A DNA stretch of 62,727 nucleotides, the filler included, from an uncultured bacterium (GTDB lineage Bacteria > DAOPZR01), in assembly GCA_964637655.1 (NCBI GenBank). It is 30 parts of 30 records of this genome, joined end to end, with 100 filler letters (N's around TTAATTAATTAA, not from the genome) between each part and the next. Parts side by side here need not be neighbours in the genome. Positions count along the whole stretch, not along the records: positions 39,177 to 41,106 come from CAZWUZ010000457.1; positions 41,207 to 43,126 come from CAZWUZ010000458.1; positions 43,227 to 45,146 come from CAZWUZ010000459.1; positions 45,247 to 47,155 come from CAZWUZ010000460.1; positions 47,256 to 49,131 come from CAZWUZ010000461.1; 25 more parts are not named here. One strand, given 5' to 3'. Shown piece after piece: positions 39,228 to 49,231 of this stretch. The translations under genes were made by a program, and so were the position numbers. Within the stretch, counting starts at the first letter, position 1. Every line of letters begins with the position of its first letter. Below the pieces are notes generated by a model that was not told where the DNA came from, did no database searches, and was given only the letters and a program-made list of their open reading frames with translations.

Positions 39228-40733
39228 TCAGCGGATGGCGCGGCGGAGCTTGGCGGGGAGGATGCCGAGTTCCTCACGGTACTTGCAGACCGTGCGGCGG
39301 GCGATCTGCAGCCCCTCCTGGGTGAGGCGGCGGTGAATCTCGGAATCGGTGAGCGGGTGCGCGCTGTCCTCCTGCTCGATCATCGCGCGCAGGCGGGTCT
39401 GCACCGCGCGTGACGAGGTGGCCGGCCCGCTTCCCGCGGTGGGAATCTCGCCGGAGAAGAGCAGGCGCATGCGCACCAGCCCGCGCGGGATCTGCATGTA
39501 CTTGTTCGAGGTGACGCGGCTGACGGTCGACTCGCTCATGCCGATTGTCTCGGCGACATCGCGCAGCGTCAGCGGCTTGAGCGCGTGGAACCCCTGTTCG
39601 ATGAACTCGTACTGCGCGTTGACCAGCGTGCGCGCGACGCGGTAGATGGTGTGGTTGCGCTGGTAGATGCTGCGGATGACCCACTCCGCGTCCTCGATCT
39701 TTTTCTTGAGGTAGTCGCGCGTCGCTTTTTGCGTCTCCGCCGCCTGGAAGATCTGCTGGTAGCGGGCGCTGATGCGCAGGTGCGGCAGGTGCTCATCGTT
39801 GACCACCACCTCGTACTGCTGGTCGACCTTGCGCACGATGACGTCGGGGGTGACGTACTGCGCCTCGTCGCTGGCGAAGGTCGCCCCCGGGTAGGGTTGC
39901 AGCTGCTGCAGCCGCTCGTGCGCCTGCTGTACGCGGTGCAGGTGGATGCCGAGCTGGCGCGACACTTTCGTGAAACGCCGCCCGACGAGGTCTTCGAGGC
40001 AGCACTCGACGATGCGGTAGGTCCACGAGTCCTGCTCGCCGAGCAGCGCCAGCTGGATGAGGAAGCATTCGCGCGTGTCGCGCGCCCCCACGCCGGCGGG
40101 CTCGAACGACTGGATGAGGCGCAGCAGGCGCAGCGCCTGCGCCTCGTCGCAGCCGCAGCCGCGGGCGAGTTCCGGCAGTGAGCCGCGGTAGTAGCCGTCG
40201 CTGTCGATCTCCGAGATCAGCGCCGCGGCAATGGCCTGCTCGGGCGGCGGGAGGCGCAGCAGCAGCAGCTGCTGCTGCAGGTGCTCGTCGAGCGTCGCCC
40301 CGGCGATGGGGACGTTCTCGATCAGGCGGTCCTCGTCGTCCGCGGGGGCCGGGGCGCTGCCGCCGAAGCCGAGGTCCCGCCCGTCGTCGTAGCGGTCCCA
40401 CTCGATGCTGCTTCGTTCCGCCTCTGCCTCGGCAGGCGCGTCCGGATCGGCGTCAGGGGTGACCTGTTCGGGGGGGCGCAGTTCCGGGGTGAGGGTGTCC
40501 GCCGCCGGGGTGGTCTCGGCCGCGGCCGGGTCGGCCGCTTCGGGATCGTCGGTGATGGTGAGGTCCTCGAGCACCGGGTTCTGCTGCAGTTCCTGCTGCA
40601 GCCACTGCGCCAGCTCCAGCGTCTGCATCTGCAGCACCTGCAGCGCCTGCTGCATCTGCTGCGTCATCATCAGCCGCTGCTCGAGCCGCTGTTCGACGTG
40701 CTGCGACAGGTTGAGCCGGTAGTCGGTGGCCAT
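39228..40733 (-). CDS. rpoN: RNA polymerase sigma-54 factor
   Basis: Q-rich region I, FEPAGVGAR, ESTVSRVTSNKY, RpoN-box ARRTVCKYRE. Confidence 0.95.
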   Translation of the reverse strand: MATDYRLNLSQHVEQRLEQRLMMTQQMQQALQVLQMQTLELAQWLQQELQQNPVLEDLTITDDPEAADPAAAETTPAADTLTPELRPPEQVTPDADPDAPAEAEAERSSIEWDRYDDGRDLGFGGSAPAPADDEDRLIENVPIAGATLDEHLQQQLLLLRLPPPEQAIAAALISEIDSDGYYRGSLPELARGCGCDEAQALRLLRLIQSFEPAGVGARDTRECFLIQLALLGEQDSWTYRIVECCLEDLVGRRFTKVSRQLGIHLHRVQQAHERLQQLQPYPGATFASDEAQYVTPDVIVRKVDQQYEVVVNDEHLPHLRISARYQQIFQAAETQKATRDYLKKKIEDAEWVIRSIYQRNHTIYRVARTLVNAQYEFIEQGFHALKPLTLRDVAETIGMSESTVSRVTSNKYMQIPRGLVRMRLLFSGEIPTAGSGPATSSRAVQTRLRAMIEQEDSAHPLTDSEIHRRLTQEGLQIARRTVCKYREELGILPAKLRRAIR

Positions 40734-40735
40734 GC

Positions 40736-41106
40736 TCAGTCGAGGGAGAAGCGCTCGCCGGGAACCGCCCTGAACACAATCTCGGGGACCGCGTCCGACT
40801 CGATCACGATGCGGATGAAGAGGTCCCGCATCCGGTTCCTGAGACGGGGCGGGAGGACGAGCGCGAACGGCTCGGCCGTCTTCACGACGATCTTGTTGAC
40901 CGCGCCGTCGACGAGCTTCACCCCGCCGTCCGCGACCGTGTGCGTCACGAGGCGGTAGCGCCCCGGGGGCAGGGCCGCGTAGCGTTCCTCGGCGCCCTGC
41001 CGCCGGTGCCAAGCGGATTCCAGCCCCAGGAGGCGCGTCTCGTGCTGAATGTCGCGCTCATGGAGGTAACTCGAATGGTAATTGAGGAAAATGTTCCGAG
41101 TATTTT
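40736..41106 (-). CDS. Hypothetical protein fragment (possibly chimeric) ending GERFSLD
   Basis: Open frame upstream of rpoN. Not LptB-like except for the last residues. Confidence 0.35.
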
Positions 41107-41260
41107 NNNNNNNNNNNNNNNNNNNNNNNNNNNNNNNNNNNNNNNNNNNNTTAATTAATTAANNNNNNNNNNNNNNNNNNNNNNNNNNNNNNNNNNNNNN
41201 NNNNNNCCTGTGCGCCGCGCTCGACCGCCTGCTTACCCCGCGCGGCGGCCTGCAGCTGTC

Positions 41261-42790
41261 ATGACGGTCATCCCCGCCGCGCGGCGCGAAGCGCTGCAGG
41301 CGCTGCTCGCCGCCTGCCGCTTCCAGCAGAAGGCACTCGCCGGCGGCACGGCACCGGCCGCCGACGCGATTCACCGTCTCGGCAAGGAACTTACCGATCA
41401 GGCAGTGGCACTCGGCGTCAACGAATTGCGGGCGGCGGCCGAAGCGGCCAGCCGTGCCTCCGGCCCGCTGCTCGCCCCCACGCTGGCGCTGCTGGAACAG
41501 CGTCTCACCATGCTGCTGCAGCAGATACCGGCGCAGGAACTGACCATTCTCATCGTCGACGACGATCCGGGCGTCGCCGCGCTGCTGCGCCCGCTGCTGA
41601 CCGCCGGCGGGCGGCGGGTGCTGACCGCAGCCAGCGGCGCGGACGCCCTGACCTGCCTGGCGCAGGAGCAGGTGGCGCTGATCATTCTCGATCTGGTGCT
41701 CCCCGACATGGACGGGCGCAACCTGCTGATTGCGCTGCGCGAGAACCTGGCCACCGAAAGCATTCCCGTGATCGTCATTTCGGGCAATGCCACCGCCGCG
41801 GATACCCTCGAGTGTTTCGCCCTCGGCGCCGACGCCTGCTATACCAAACCGTTCGATCCCGCGCGCATCGCGGCGGAAGTCACCGCCAAACTGCAGCGCG
41901 CCCTGCGCACGGCCGCCACGGCACGACGCGACGCGCTGACCGGACTGCCCAACCGGGCCGCGTTCCTCGAGGCCTTCACCCTGATGCTGACCCACAGCCG
42001 GCGCGCGAGCAGCCCGCTCGCGGTCAGCATGCTCGACATCGACCGGTTCAAAGGGGTGAACGACACCTACGGCCATCCGGCGGGCGACCAGGTGCTGCGC
42101 CGCCTCGCGGAAGTGGTGGGCGGTGCCTTGCGCAAATCCGACTATTTCGCCCGCTACGGCGGCGAGGAATTCATCCTCTTCTTCCCCGACAGTTCCTGCC
42201 GACAGGCGGAGACCGCACTGCAGAAGGCGCTCGACGCGGTACGCACCGATGTTATCCGCCTCCCGGACGGCCGTTCCCTCTCCATCACCTTTTCCGCCGG
42301 GCTTACCGATACCGCCGCCTATGCCGTTCCGGCTGACGCCATCGCCGCGGCGGACAAACTGCTCTATGCCGCCAAGGCTGGCGGCCGCAACCGCATCGTC
42401 ACGCCGGCCACCGGTACCGTCCCCGCCCCGCGGCGGGTACTGCTCATCGACGATGACCCGCTGATCGCGGCGATTGTCATGCGCACGCTGTCGGCGGACG
42501 GTTTTGTCTGCACGCACGCCGCTGACGCGGCCGCCGGTCTGGCCGCAGCCGCGGACGGCGGCGTGGCGCTGTTCATCGTCGATCTGCACCTGCCCGACCG
42601 CGACGGGCACGAGGTGGTACGCGAACTGCGTGCCCGGCCCGCCACGGCCGCCATACCGGTGATCATCCTTACCGGGACCGGCAACGAAGCGGACGTGGTG
42701 CGCAGTTTCGATCTCGGGGCCAATGACTACGTCACCAAGCCGTTCTCGCCGGTGGAACTGAACGCGCGCGTGCGGCGGCTGCTGCGATGA
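41261..42790 (+). CDS. Response-regulator diguanylate cyclase (REC-GGDEF-REC)
   Basis: DALTGLPNR, DIDRFKGVND, I-site RKSD, RYGGEEF, two receiver domains. Confidence 0.92.
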   Translation: MTVIPAARREALQALLAACRFQQKALAGGTAPAADAIHRLGKELTDQAVALGVNELRAAAEAASRASGPLLAPTLALLEQRLTMLLQQIPAQELTILIVDDDPGVAALLRPLLTAGGRRVLTAASGADALTCLAQEQVALIILDLVLPDMDGRNLLIALRENLATESIPVIVISGNATAADTLECFALGADACYTKPFDPARIAAEVTAKLQRALRTAATARRDALTGLPNRAAFLEAFTLMLTHSRRASSPLAVSMLDIDRFKGVNDTYGHPAGDQVLRRLAEVVGGALRKSDYFARYGGEEFILFFPDSSCRQAETALQKALDAVRTDVIRLPDGRSLSITFSAGLTDTAAYAVPADAIAAADKLLYAAKAGGRNRIVTPATGTVPAPRRVLLIDDDPLIAAIVMRTLSADGFVCTHAADAAAGLAAAADGGVALFIVDLHLPDRDGHEVVRELRARPATAAIPVIILTGTGNEADVVRSFDLGANDYVTKPFSPVELNARVRRLLR

Positions 42791-42954
42791 ACGCCCCGCC
42801 GCTTGTGCTCGGCCTGCTCGGCAGCCCGCGCCGCAACGGCAACCGCGCACTGCTGCGGCAGACCGCGCTGGCGCAGGGCCGTCGCCTCCCCGACGTCGCG
42901 CGCGCCGTGCTGGAGCACGAGGCGTTGCTGCCCGGCGCGGCGGCGGCCGGGTGA
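42787..42954 (+). pseudogene. Flavodoxin-family N-terminal remnant or chimera
   Basis: MNAPPLVLGLLGSPRRNGN, then loss of similarity and a stop after 55 codons. Confidence 0.5.
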
Positions 42955-43228
42955 TCGCGACGGCATCCCGTCCAGGGCGTGGCGCGTTCCGGGGGGGCGC
43001 GCTTCCATCCCGTGGCGGGCGCGGCCGGGGTGTGGAATCGTGGCGCGGCGTGCCTCGCACCAGGCGGGTGCATGTGGGCGCGGGTGCTGCACCGCAGCAG
43101 TGCGGGCGGCGGGGGTTGCGCGGGGGNNNNNNNNNNNNNNNNNNNNNNNNNNNNNNNNNNNNNNNNNNNNTTAATTAATTAANNNNNNNNNNNNNNNNNN
43201 NNNNNNNNNNNNNNNNNNNNNNNNNNGG

Positions 43229-45146
43229 GCGGCACCGCGCGACTACACGCGCGCGACTTCGGCGCAGAAATGCCTGCGCGTCTCGGGCAAGCACAACGAC
43301 CTCGAGGAAGTCGGACGCACCGCACGCCATCACACCTTTTTCGAGATGCTTGGCAATTTCTCCTTTGGCGACTATTTCAAGGAGGAAGCCATCGCCTATG
43401 CCTGGGAATTGCTGACGCAGGTCTACGGGCTCGACCCGGCGAAACTCTACCCGACGGTTTTTCGCGAGGATGACGAGGCCTTTGCCATCTGGGAACAGAA
43501 GATGGGGGTGCCGAAAGAGCGCATCTTCCGCATGGGTGAGAAGGACAATTTCTGGTCGATGGGTGAGACGGGGCCGTGCGGACCCTGCTCGGAGATCCTT
43601 TTCGACCAGGGCCCGACGGTCGGCTGCGGCAAGCCCGACTGCTCGCCAAGCTGCGGCTGCGACCGCTACCTCGAAATCTGGAACCTCGTGTTCATGCAGT
43701 ACAACCGCACCGCCGACGGGAAACTCCATCCGCTCCCGAAACCCTCCATCGACACGGGGATGGGCCTCGAGCGCCTGACCGCCCTGCTGCAGGGACAGCA
43801 GAGCAATTACCATACCGACCTGCTCATGCCGCTCATCGATGCCGCGGCGCTGCTTACCAGCACCCCCTACGGGCGTCATCCCGAGAGTGACGTCTCGCTG
43901 CGCGTCTGCGCCGACCACATGCGCGCCATCTGCTTTTTGCTCATCGACGGGGTGATGTTCGGCAACGAGGGGCGCAACTTCGTCATGCGGCGCCTCGCGC
44001 GGCGCGCGCTGCGCCACGGCAAGAAACTCGGCATGGAGCAGCCATTCCTGCACAAGCTCGTCCCGACGATGATCAATATGCTCGGCGACCATTATAACGA
44101 ACTGAAGCGCAAGCAGGACTACCTCGCGCAGTCGATTCTGCGCGAGGAGGAGAGCTTCCAGCGCACGCTGACATCGGGCCTGGCGATGCTCGACACCATG
44201 ACCGACAAGGTCAAGCCGGGCGGAGTGCTGCCGGGAAAGGATGCCTTTGTCCTGCACGATACGTACGGTTTTCCGCTCGACCTGACGCAGGTCATTCTTG
44301 CGGAGCGCGGGCTGTCGGTGGATGAGGCGGGATTCAAAACGGAACTGGAGCGTCAGCGCGAACGTTCGCGCGCGGTGATGGCGCAGGCGGAAGTCAGTTG
44401 CAGCATTGACGGTATCTGCACCGTCGAGTTCAACGGCTATACCGCGCTGGACGAGTCCGCCACGGTGCAGGCGCTGGTGGTCAACGGCGCGAAGGTGGAA
44501 AAGGCCGCGGCGGGGACAGAAGCGCAGGTGGTGATCACCCCCTGCCCGTTCTACGGCGAGAAGGGCGGCCAGGTGGGCGATACCGGACTGCTGGCAGCGG
44601 GTGGCATGCGCGCGGAAGTGACAGCGGCGCGTTGGGACGGCAGCGTGCTCTTCCTGCTGGTCAAGGTGATGCAGGGTGAAGTGAAGGTTGGTGACGAGGT
44701 GCAGGCGAACGTGGACCTCGACCGCCGGCGCGCCATCGAGCGCAACCATACCGCCACACACCTGCTGCAGAGCGCGCTGCGCGAGGTGGCGGGCGACCAC
44801 GTGCGCCAGGCGGGATCATTAGTCGAGCCCGAACGCCTGCGCTTCGACTATTCGCACTTCGAGAAACTGACGCCCGAGCAGATCCGCGCGGTCGAAGACA
44901 AGGTCAACCAGGCCATCTGGGAGAACACGTCGGTCGAGACCTGCGAGATGTCGCAGGAGGAGGCCAAAAAGTCGGGGGCGCTCGCCTTTTTCGGTGACAA
45001 GTACGGGCAGACCGTGCGCGTGGTGAAGGTGGAAGGCGTGTCGAGCGAATTCTGCGGCGGCTGTCACGTGCGCCGCACGGGGGAGATCGGTGCCTTTGCC
45101 ATTGTCAGCGAGAGCAGCGTGGCGGCGGGGATGCGCCGCATCGAGG
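43229..45146 (+). CDS. alaS: Alanine--tRNA ligase, internal fragment
   Basis: HHTFFEMLGNFSFGDYFK, IDTGMGLER, NHTATHLL, EFCGGCHV. Confidence 0.97.
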
Positions 45147-45276
45147 NNNNNNNNNNNNNNNNNNNNNNNNNNNNNNNNNNNNNNNNNNNNTTAATTAATT
45201 AANNNNNNNNNNNNNNNNNNNNNNNNNNNNNNNNNNNNNNNNNNNNGAGGTCACGGACTGCTGGAGGGCGCGAGGG

Positions 45277-45519
45277 ATGGCCGGGAATTTCGACGAAAAC
45301 CAGACGGCCCGCATTCGTGAGATCGCCCAGATCGTCATCCGGGAGATGAAGCAGGAGGGGGAGATCGTCACCGCGAAGGCCTGCCACGACCGGCGCACGG
45401 AGTGCCGCGCGGCCCGGGCGCGCCCCTGGCTGACCGTGCTGTGGATGACCGTGGGCGTCATCGTGTCCATCCTGGTGACGCGGGTCCTGACGGTCCTGCC
45501 GTTCCTGGCGGGCCACTGA
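45277..45519 (+). CDS. Small single-TM protein (phage holin-like?)
   Basis: 80 aa with a C-terminal TM helix. RBS GAGGG. Confidence 0.55.
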   Translation: MAGNFDENQTARIREIAQIVIREMKQEGEIVTAKACHDRRTECRAARARPWLTVLWMTVGVIVSILVTRVLTVLPFLAGH

Positions 45520-45537
45520 GAGAGGGGGGGAAGTGTC

Positions 45538-46314
45538 ATGAAACGCATCGCATGCGCGCTGCTGCTGGCGGCGGGGCTCACGGCCGCCCTCGGATGCACC
45601 GGAGCGGCGAAGACGTCCTCCAGCCTCTACGACGCAGGCAGGGCCGCTGCGCGCCTCCAGGGGTCTTCCGACGCGCACCTGACCGCCAACGCCGCAAACA
45701 GGCCCGTTTCCGCGCGTCCCGCACCCCTTGCCGCGCCCGTCAAGGTGGACGAGCTGCCCGAGCCCCCGCGGCCCCCGGCCGCCATCGCGTTCTTCGCGTG
45801 GGGCGACGAGGTCGACCTCGACGCGGCGACGATCGCGCGACTGTGGGGGGAGGTCCAGGCGCAAGGCCCTGTGGCGCGCTCCGAGTCGTCCGAGCCGGCG
45901 GCGCCGGCCGCGGGCGCGTCCGTCATCACGGCGGGCCTGTGGTTCAAGGTCGCCGGGGGCCTCGCGCTTATCGCCGCGGCGGTGCTGCTGTGGGCCGCCC
46001 TGCCGAAGATCGCGGCGGGCGCCGGCGTGGCCGGGGCCGTCAGCATCGGCGTGGGCATCTTCCTCGACAAGGCGGAACAGGTGCCCTGGGGCTGGTATGC
46101 GGCAGGCGCGTGCGCGTTCCTCGCGCTCGTCGCGGTGATCCTCTGGCGGAAGTATCGGCAGTGGTTCGTCGACCTGGCCGCGGCGGTCAAGTTTACGGGC
46201 TCGGATGAGGTCGCGCGCGCGAACGCGGACCTCATGCCCGAGCGGCAGAAACTGGAGCAGAAGGCGGTGCTCCAGGCCAACGGTGTGCTTCTTCCCACAG
46301 ACAAGGAGGCGTGA
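45538..46314 (+). CDS. Hypothetical lipoprotein with three C-terminal TM segments
   Basis: Lipobox ALGC and hydrophobic C-terminal half. Confidence 0.65.
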   Translation: MKRIACALLLAAGLTAALGCTGAAKTSSSLYDAGRAAARLQGSSDAHLTANAANRPVSARPAPLAAPVKVDELPEPPRPPAAIAFFAWGDEVDLDAATIARLWGEVQAQGPVARSESSEPAAPAAGASVITAGLWFKVAGGLALIAAAVLLWAALPKIAAGAGVAGAVSIGVGIFLDKAEQVPWGWYAAGACAFLALVAVILWRKYRQWFVDLAAAVKFTGSDEVARANADLMPERQKLEQKAVLQANGVLLPTDKEA

Positions 46315-46315
46315 C

Positions 46316-46414
46316 ATGGGAGATTTTCTGAGCGGGCCGCTTCTCGGCGTCATCGCGGGCTTCTGCGCCGGCACTGCGTTCTGGAAGTATTTCGTGCCGA
46401 AGTGGTTCAAGTAA
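46316..46414 (+). CDS. 32-aa single-TM peptide
   Basis: AAGGAGG RBS, then MGDFLSGPLLGVIAGFCAGTAFWKYFVPKWFK*. Confidence 0.6.
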   Translation: MGDFLSGPLLGVIAGFCAGTAFWKYFVPKWFK

Positions 46415-46553
46415 CCCCCTGCGAATGCCCCCTCCCACCGGCGCCCGGTCGGCAGCGCATCGCCCCCGGGCGCCCGGTCTATTTTTTTACGACCACCCGC
46501 ATTTCCAGCCCAAAAACCGCGCCTTTCCCCACGAAAATAATCCGGATTCCGCC

Positions 46554-46581
46554 TTGACAGCCGATTAATCGGGTGTATAAT
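46554..46581 (+). promoter_or_regulatory. Consensus sigma-70 promoter with palindromic operator
   Basis: TTGACA-16 nt-TATAAT. CCGATTAATCGG palindrome in the spacer. Confidence 0.75.
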
Positions 46582-46619
46582 ATGGGCAGAGTTGAGAGGG
46601 GAAACCAAACACAGGAGGG

Positions 46620-46889
46620 ATGAAAATGGAAAACCAGACCGCAGACGAAATGATGCGCGAACTGTGCGAGGAAAACGGGGTTGTTGTGAACGACGACGGC
46701 AGTTATACGGTGCCGAGCTCTCAACCCGGCAAAACCTACCGCGTCGCGTTCGACGGACGCAGCGAGGATGGATTTGCCACGCTGTGGAGTTGCACCTGCC
46801 CGGCTGGCGAATATGGGCGGACCTGCAAACACGTTGCACTGGTTAGCGGCCTCAACAATCGGGTCTGTGATGAATTCGGGCTCGATTAA
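46620..46889 (+). CDS. SWIM zinc-finger protein (phage-like)
   Basis: YTVPSS...YRV...WSCTCPAGEYGRTCKH (CxC-xn-CxH). AGGAGG RBS. Confidence 0.82.
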   Translation: MKMENQTADEMMRELCEENGVVVNDDGSYTVPSSQPGKTYRVAFDGRSEDGFATLWSCTCPAGEYGRTCKHVALVSGLNNRVCDEFGLD

Positions 46890-47256
46890 CGCGCACCGCG
46901 GCGGAGTCGTTAGAATCGCGGGCAATCGCTTCGTTGCGGGCAGGGTCAGCCGGAGACGGAAATTTTGCAAGGGCGACACTGCGCGCTGCACGGTAGGCCC
47001 GCGAACCACATGTTTTTATGCCGTAGCAGATGGCAAACCCAGTGATTTTACCACGCTCAACACGTCGGATTTCGAGGGAATCGAAAACGCAATTTCGCGT
47101 AGGGGGGAATTCAGAGATGAGTAAACGTCCCACGTGGTTCACCCGACAGGTCACGNNNNNNNNNNNNNNNNNNNNNNNNNNNNNNNNNNNNNNNNNNNNT
47201 TAATTAATTAANNNNNNNNNNNNNNNNNNNNNNNNNNNNNNNNNNNNNNNNNNNNG

Positions 47257-48801
47257 CGCCGTCATTGGACTCATATCACCACCGCTAAGGCCAGGGCGTC
47301 GGTTGCAATCGCTCACCGGCACGGGCTCAAGGTCTACGCCACGTTCATCGTCGGCTTCCCGTGGGATGATGCCGCCTCCTTGGGCCGCCTCGAGCAGTTC
47401 ATCTTTGCCCTGAACGCGGACTTCATCGATATTTCGCTCTTCACCCCGTTTCCCGGAACCGCGCTGCACCGCGAAGCCAGCACACTCGGTCTGCTCGACG
47501 AGGCGGCGCTGCAGGGCGGCTACAACACCGCCTTCGCTACGCCGCTGCGCGGCACGTGCTATCTGTCACGCGAGGATCTGCTCGCTTTTCGCCAGCGTGT
47601 CCTGCGGCGCTACCATGCCCGTCCCGCCTATATCCTGGCGCGGTTGCGTGAACTGCGCAGCCCGCGCATGCTGCTGAACTACACCCGGCGGGCGCTGCAT
47701 CTGCGGCGGGCATGGCGGCGGGCGCTGCCGGAATACCGCCGGCCGCGGCTGCGCCGCATGCTGCACGCCGGGACGGCGGTCCTCCGCGCCCGCTTCTCCC
47801 CGTCGTTCCGCTGCCCGCTTGGACTCTATATCGTACTGACCGACACCTGCAACGCCCGCTGCACCTACTGCGACTACGAGCGTATCGTCCCCCGCGCCCG
47901 GCAGTTGCTGACTGCGCCGCTTATCTGCGACGCCCTGACCGAGTTTGCACGACTCGGCACCAGCAAGCTGAATCTCTCGGGCGGCGAGCCGCTGCTGTTC
48001 GACGGCCTCGGGCGCATCATCCGGCACGCCAAGCGTCTGGGCATGTACGTTGCCGTTTCCAGCAACGGCCTGGCCATGCCGGAGCGGATCGGCGAACTCA
48101 CGGATGTCGACGTGGTCATGCTGAGTCTCGACGGAACGCGGGCAGCGCATGACGCCCAGCGCGGCAGCGGCACGCACGACCGGGTGCTACAGGCCATGGA
48201 ACTGCTGCGGGCGCGCGGAATACGTTTTTTCATCACCACGGTCCTTACCGCACACAATCTCGGCGATGTGGACTATGTCCTCGCGGTCGCCCGGCGGTTC
48301 GGGACTGTCGCCAACTTCACCCTGCTGCACACCCTGCTGCGCGATAATCCCGACATCGCCCTGCCGGCCGCCGCACGCGTCGGCAGCCTGCTCCCCTCCC
48401 CAAAAGCCGCCCGGGCTGTTTTCGCCGGACTGCTCTCGCGCAAGCGCGCCGGTGACCCGGTCGGATCAACCGTCCCCTACCTGCGTCTGCTCCATTCCTG
48501 GCCTGATTACCGCGAGCTTTTCTCGTCGCGCCGTACCGCGCTGCGCTGCATGGCCGGCCGGCTCTACTGCCACTGGTATCCCGACGGCAAGCTCTATGCC
48601 TGCGGCCAGGGGGTCGGGGTCGTTCCCGGGATGGACGTGCTCGCGCTCGGGGCCGCGGAGGCCTTCCGGCGGCTGCCGAAGATGCCCGATTGTCATTCCT
48701 GTTTCGGTGCCTGCGACGCGGAAAACAACCTGATCTACAATCTCCACCCGCAGGCGTTGTGCAACTGGTATCAGGAACTGTTCCGCTTCATCCGGCAGTA
48801 G
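47257..48801 (+). CDS. Radical SAM protein; apparent fusion of a class B radical SAM C-terminus to a second radical SAM/SPASM-like domain; 5'-truncated
   Basis: FIVGFPWD...FTPFPGT in frame with CNARCTYC, SGGEPL, SLDG and C-terminal Cys motifs. Confidence 0.8.
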   Translation, partial: RRHWTHITTAKARASVAIAHRHGLKVYATFIVGFPWDDAASLGRLEQFIFALNADFIDISLFTPFPGTALHREASTLGLLDEAALQGGYNTAFATPLRGTCYLSREDLLAFRQRVLRRYHARPAYILARLRELRSPRMLLNYTRRALHLRRAWRRALPEYRRPRLRRMLHAGTAVLRARFSPSFRCPLGLYIVLTDTCNARCTYCDYERIVPRARQLLTAPLICDALTEFARLGTSKLNLSGGEPLLFDGLGRIIRHAKRLGMYVAVSSNGLAMPERIGELTDVDVVMLSLDGTRAAHDAQRGSGTHDRVLQAMELLRARGIRFFITTVLTAHNLGDVDYVLAVARRFGTVANFTLLHTLLRDNPDIALPAAARVGSLLPSPKAARAVFAGLLSRKRAGDPVGSTVPYLRLLHSWPDYRELFSSRRTALRCMAGRLYCHWYPDGKLYACGQGVGVVPGMDVLALGAAEAFRRLPKMPDCHSCFGACDAENNLIYNLHPQALCNWYQELFRFIRQ

Positions 48802-49131
48802 GGCACAGCGCAGGGGCGGGCGGTAGCATCCCCCGCGCCCGGTTATAGGTCTGCCACCAGTCGAGCCGCGACGGATCATACGCAGCATGCCCCGCACGAA
48901 ATGTGGCGTGGAAGGCGGCGGGAACCCAATCGTCCGCACAGCGGTCCACGTCCTCTGCCGGGCGGAAGCAGGCGCTCCAGTAGCCGGCACTGCGGTAGAA
49001 CGCCGCAGTGTCGAGCGAATCCGCGAGGGCCGCCAACCGGCGGAAATCCTCCGGTGTCCGGTCAGGACGCATCGCGGTGATCCCCAGCCCTTCCGCCAGC
49101 TCGGCACGATGTTCCGGACGAAGCCGCAGCA
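48788..49131 (-). CDS. Hypothetical protein, C-terminal fragment
   Basis: Open frame converging on the radical SAM gene (LDWWQTYNRARG). Confidence 0.4.
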
Positions 49132-49231
49132 NNNNNNNNNNNNNNNNNNNNNNNNNNNNNNNNNNNNNNNNNNNNTTAATTAATTAANNNNNNNNNNNNN
49201 NNNNNNNNNNNNNNNNNNNNNNNNNNNNNNN

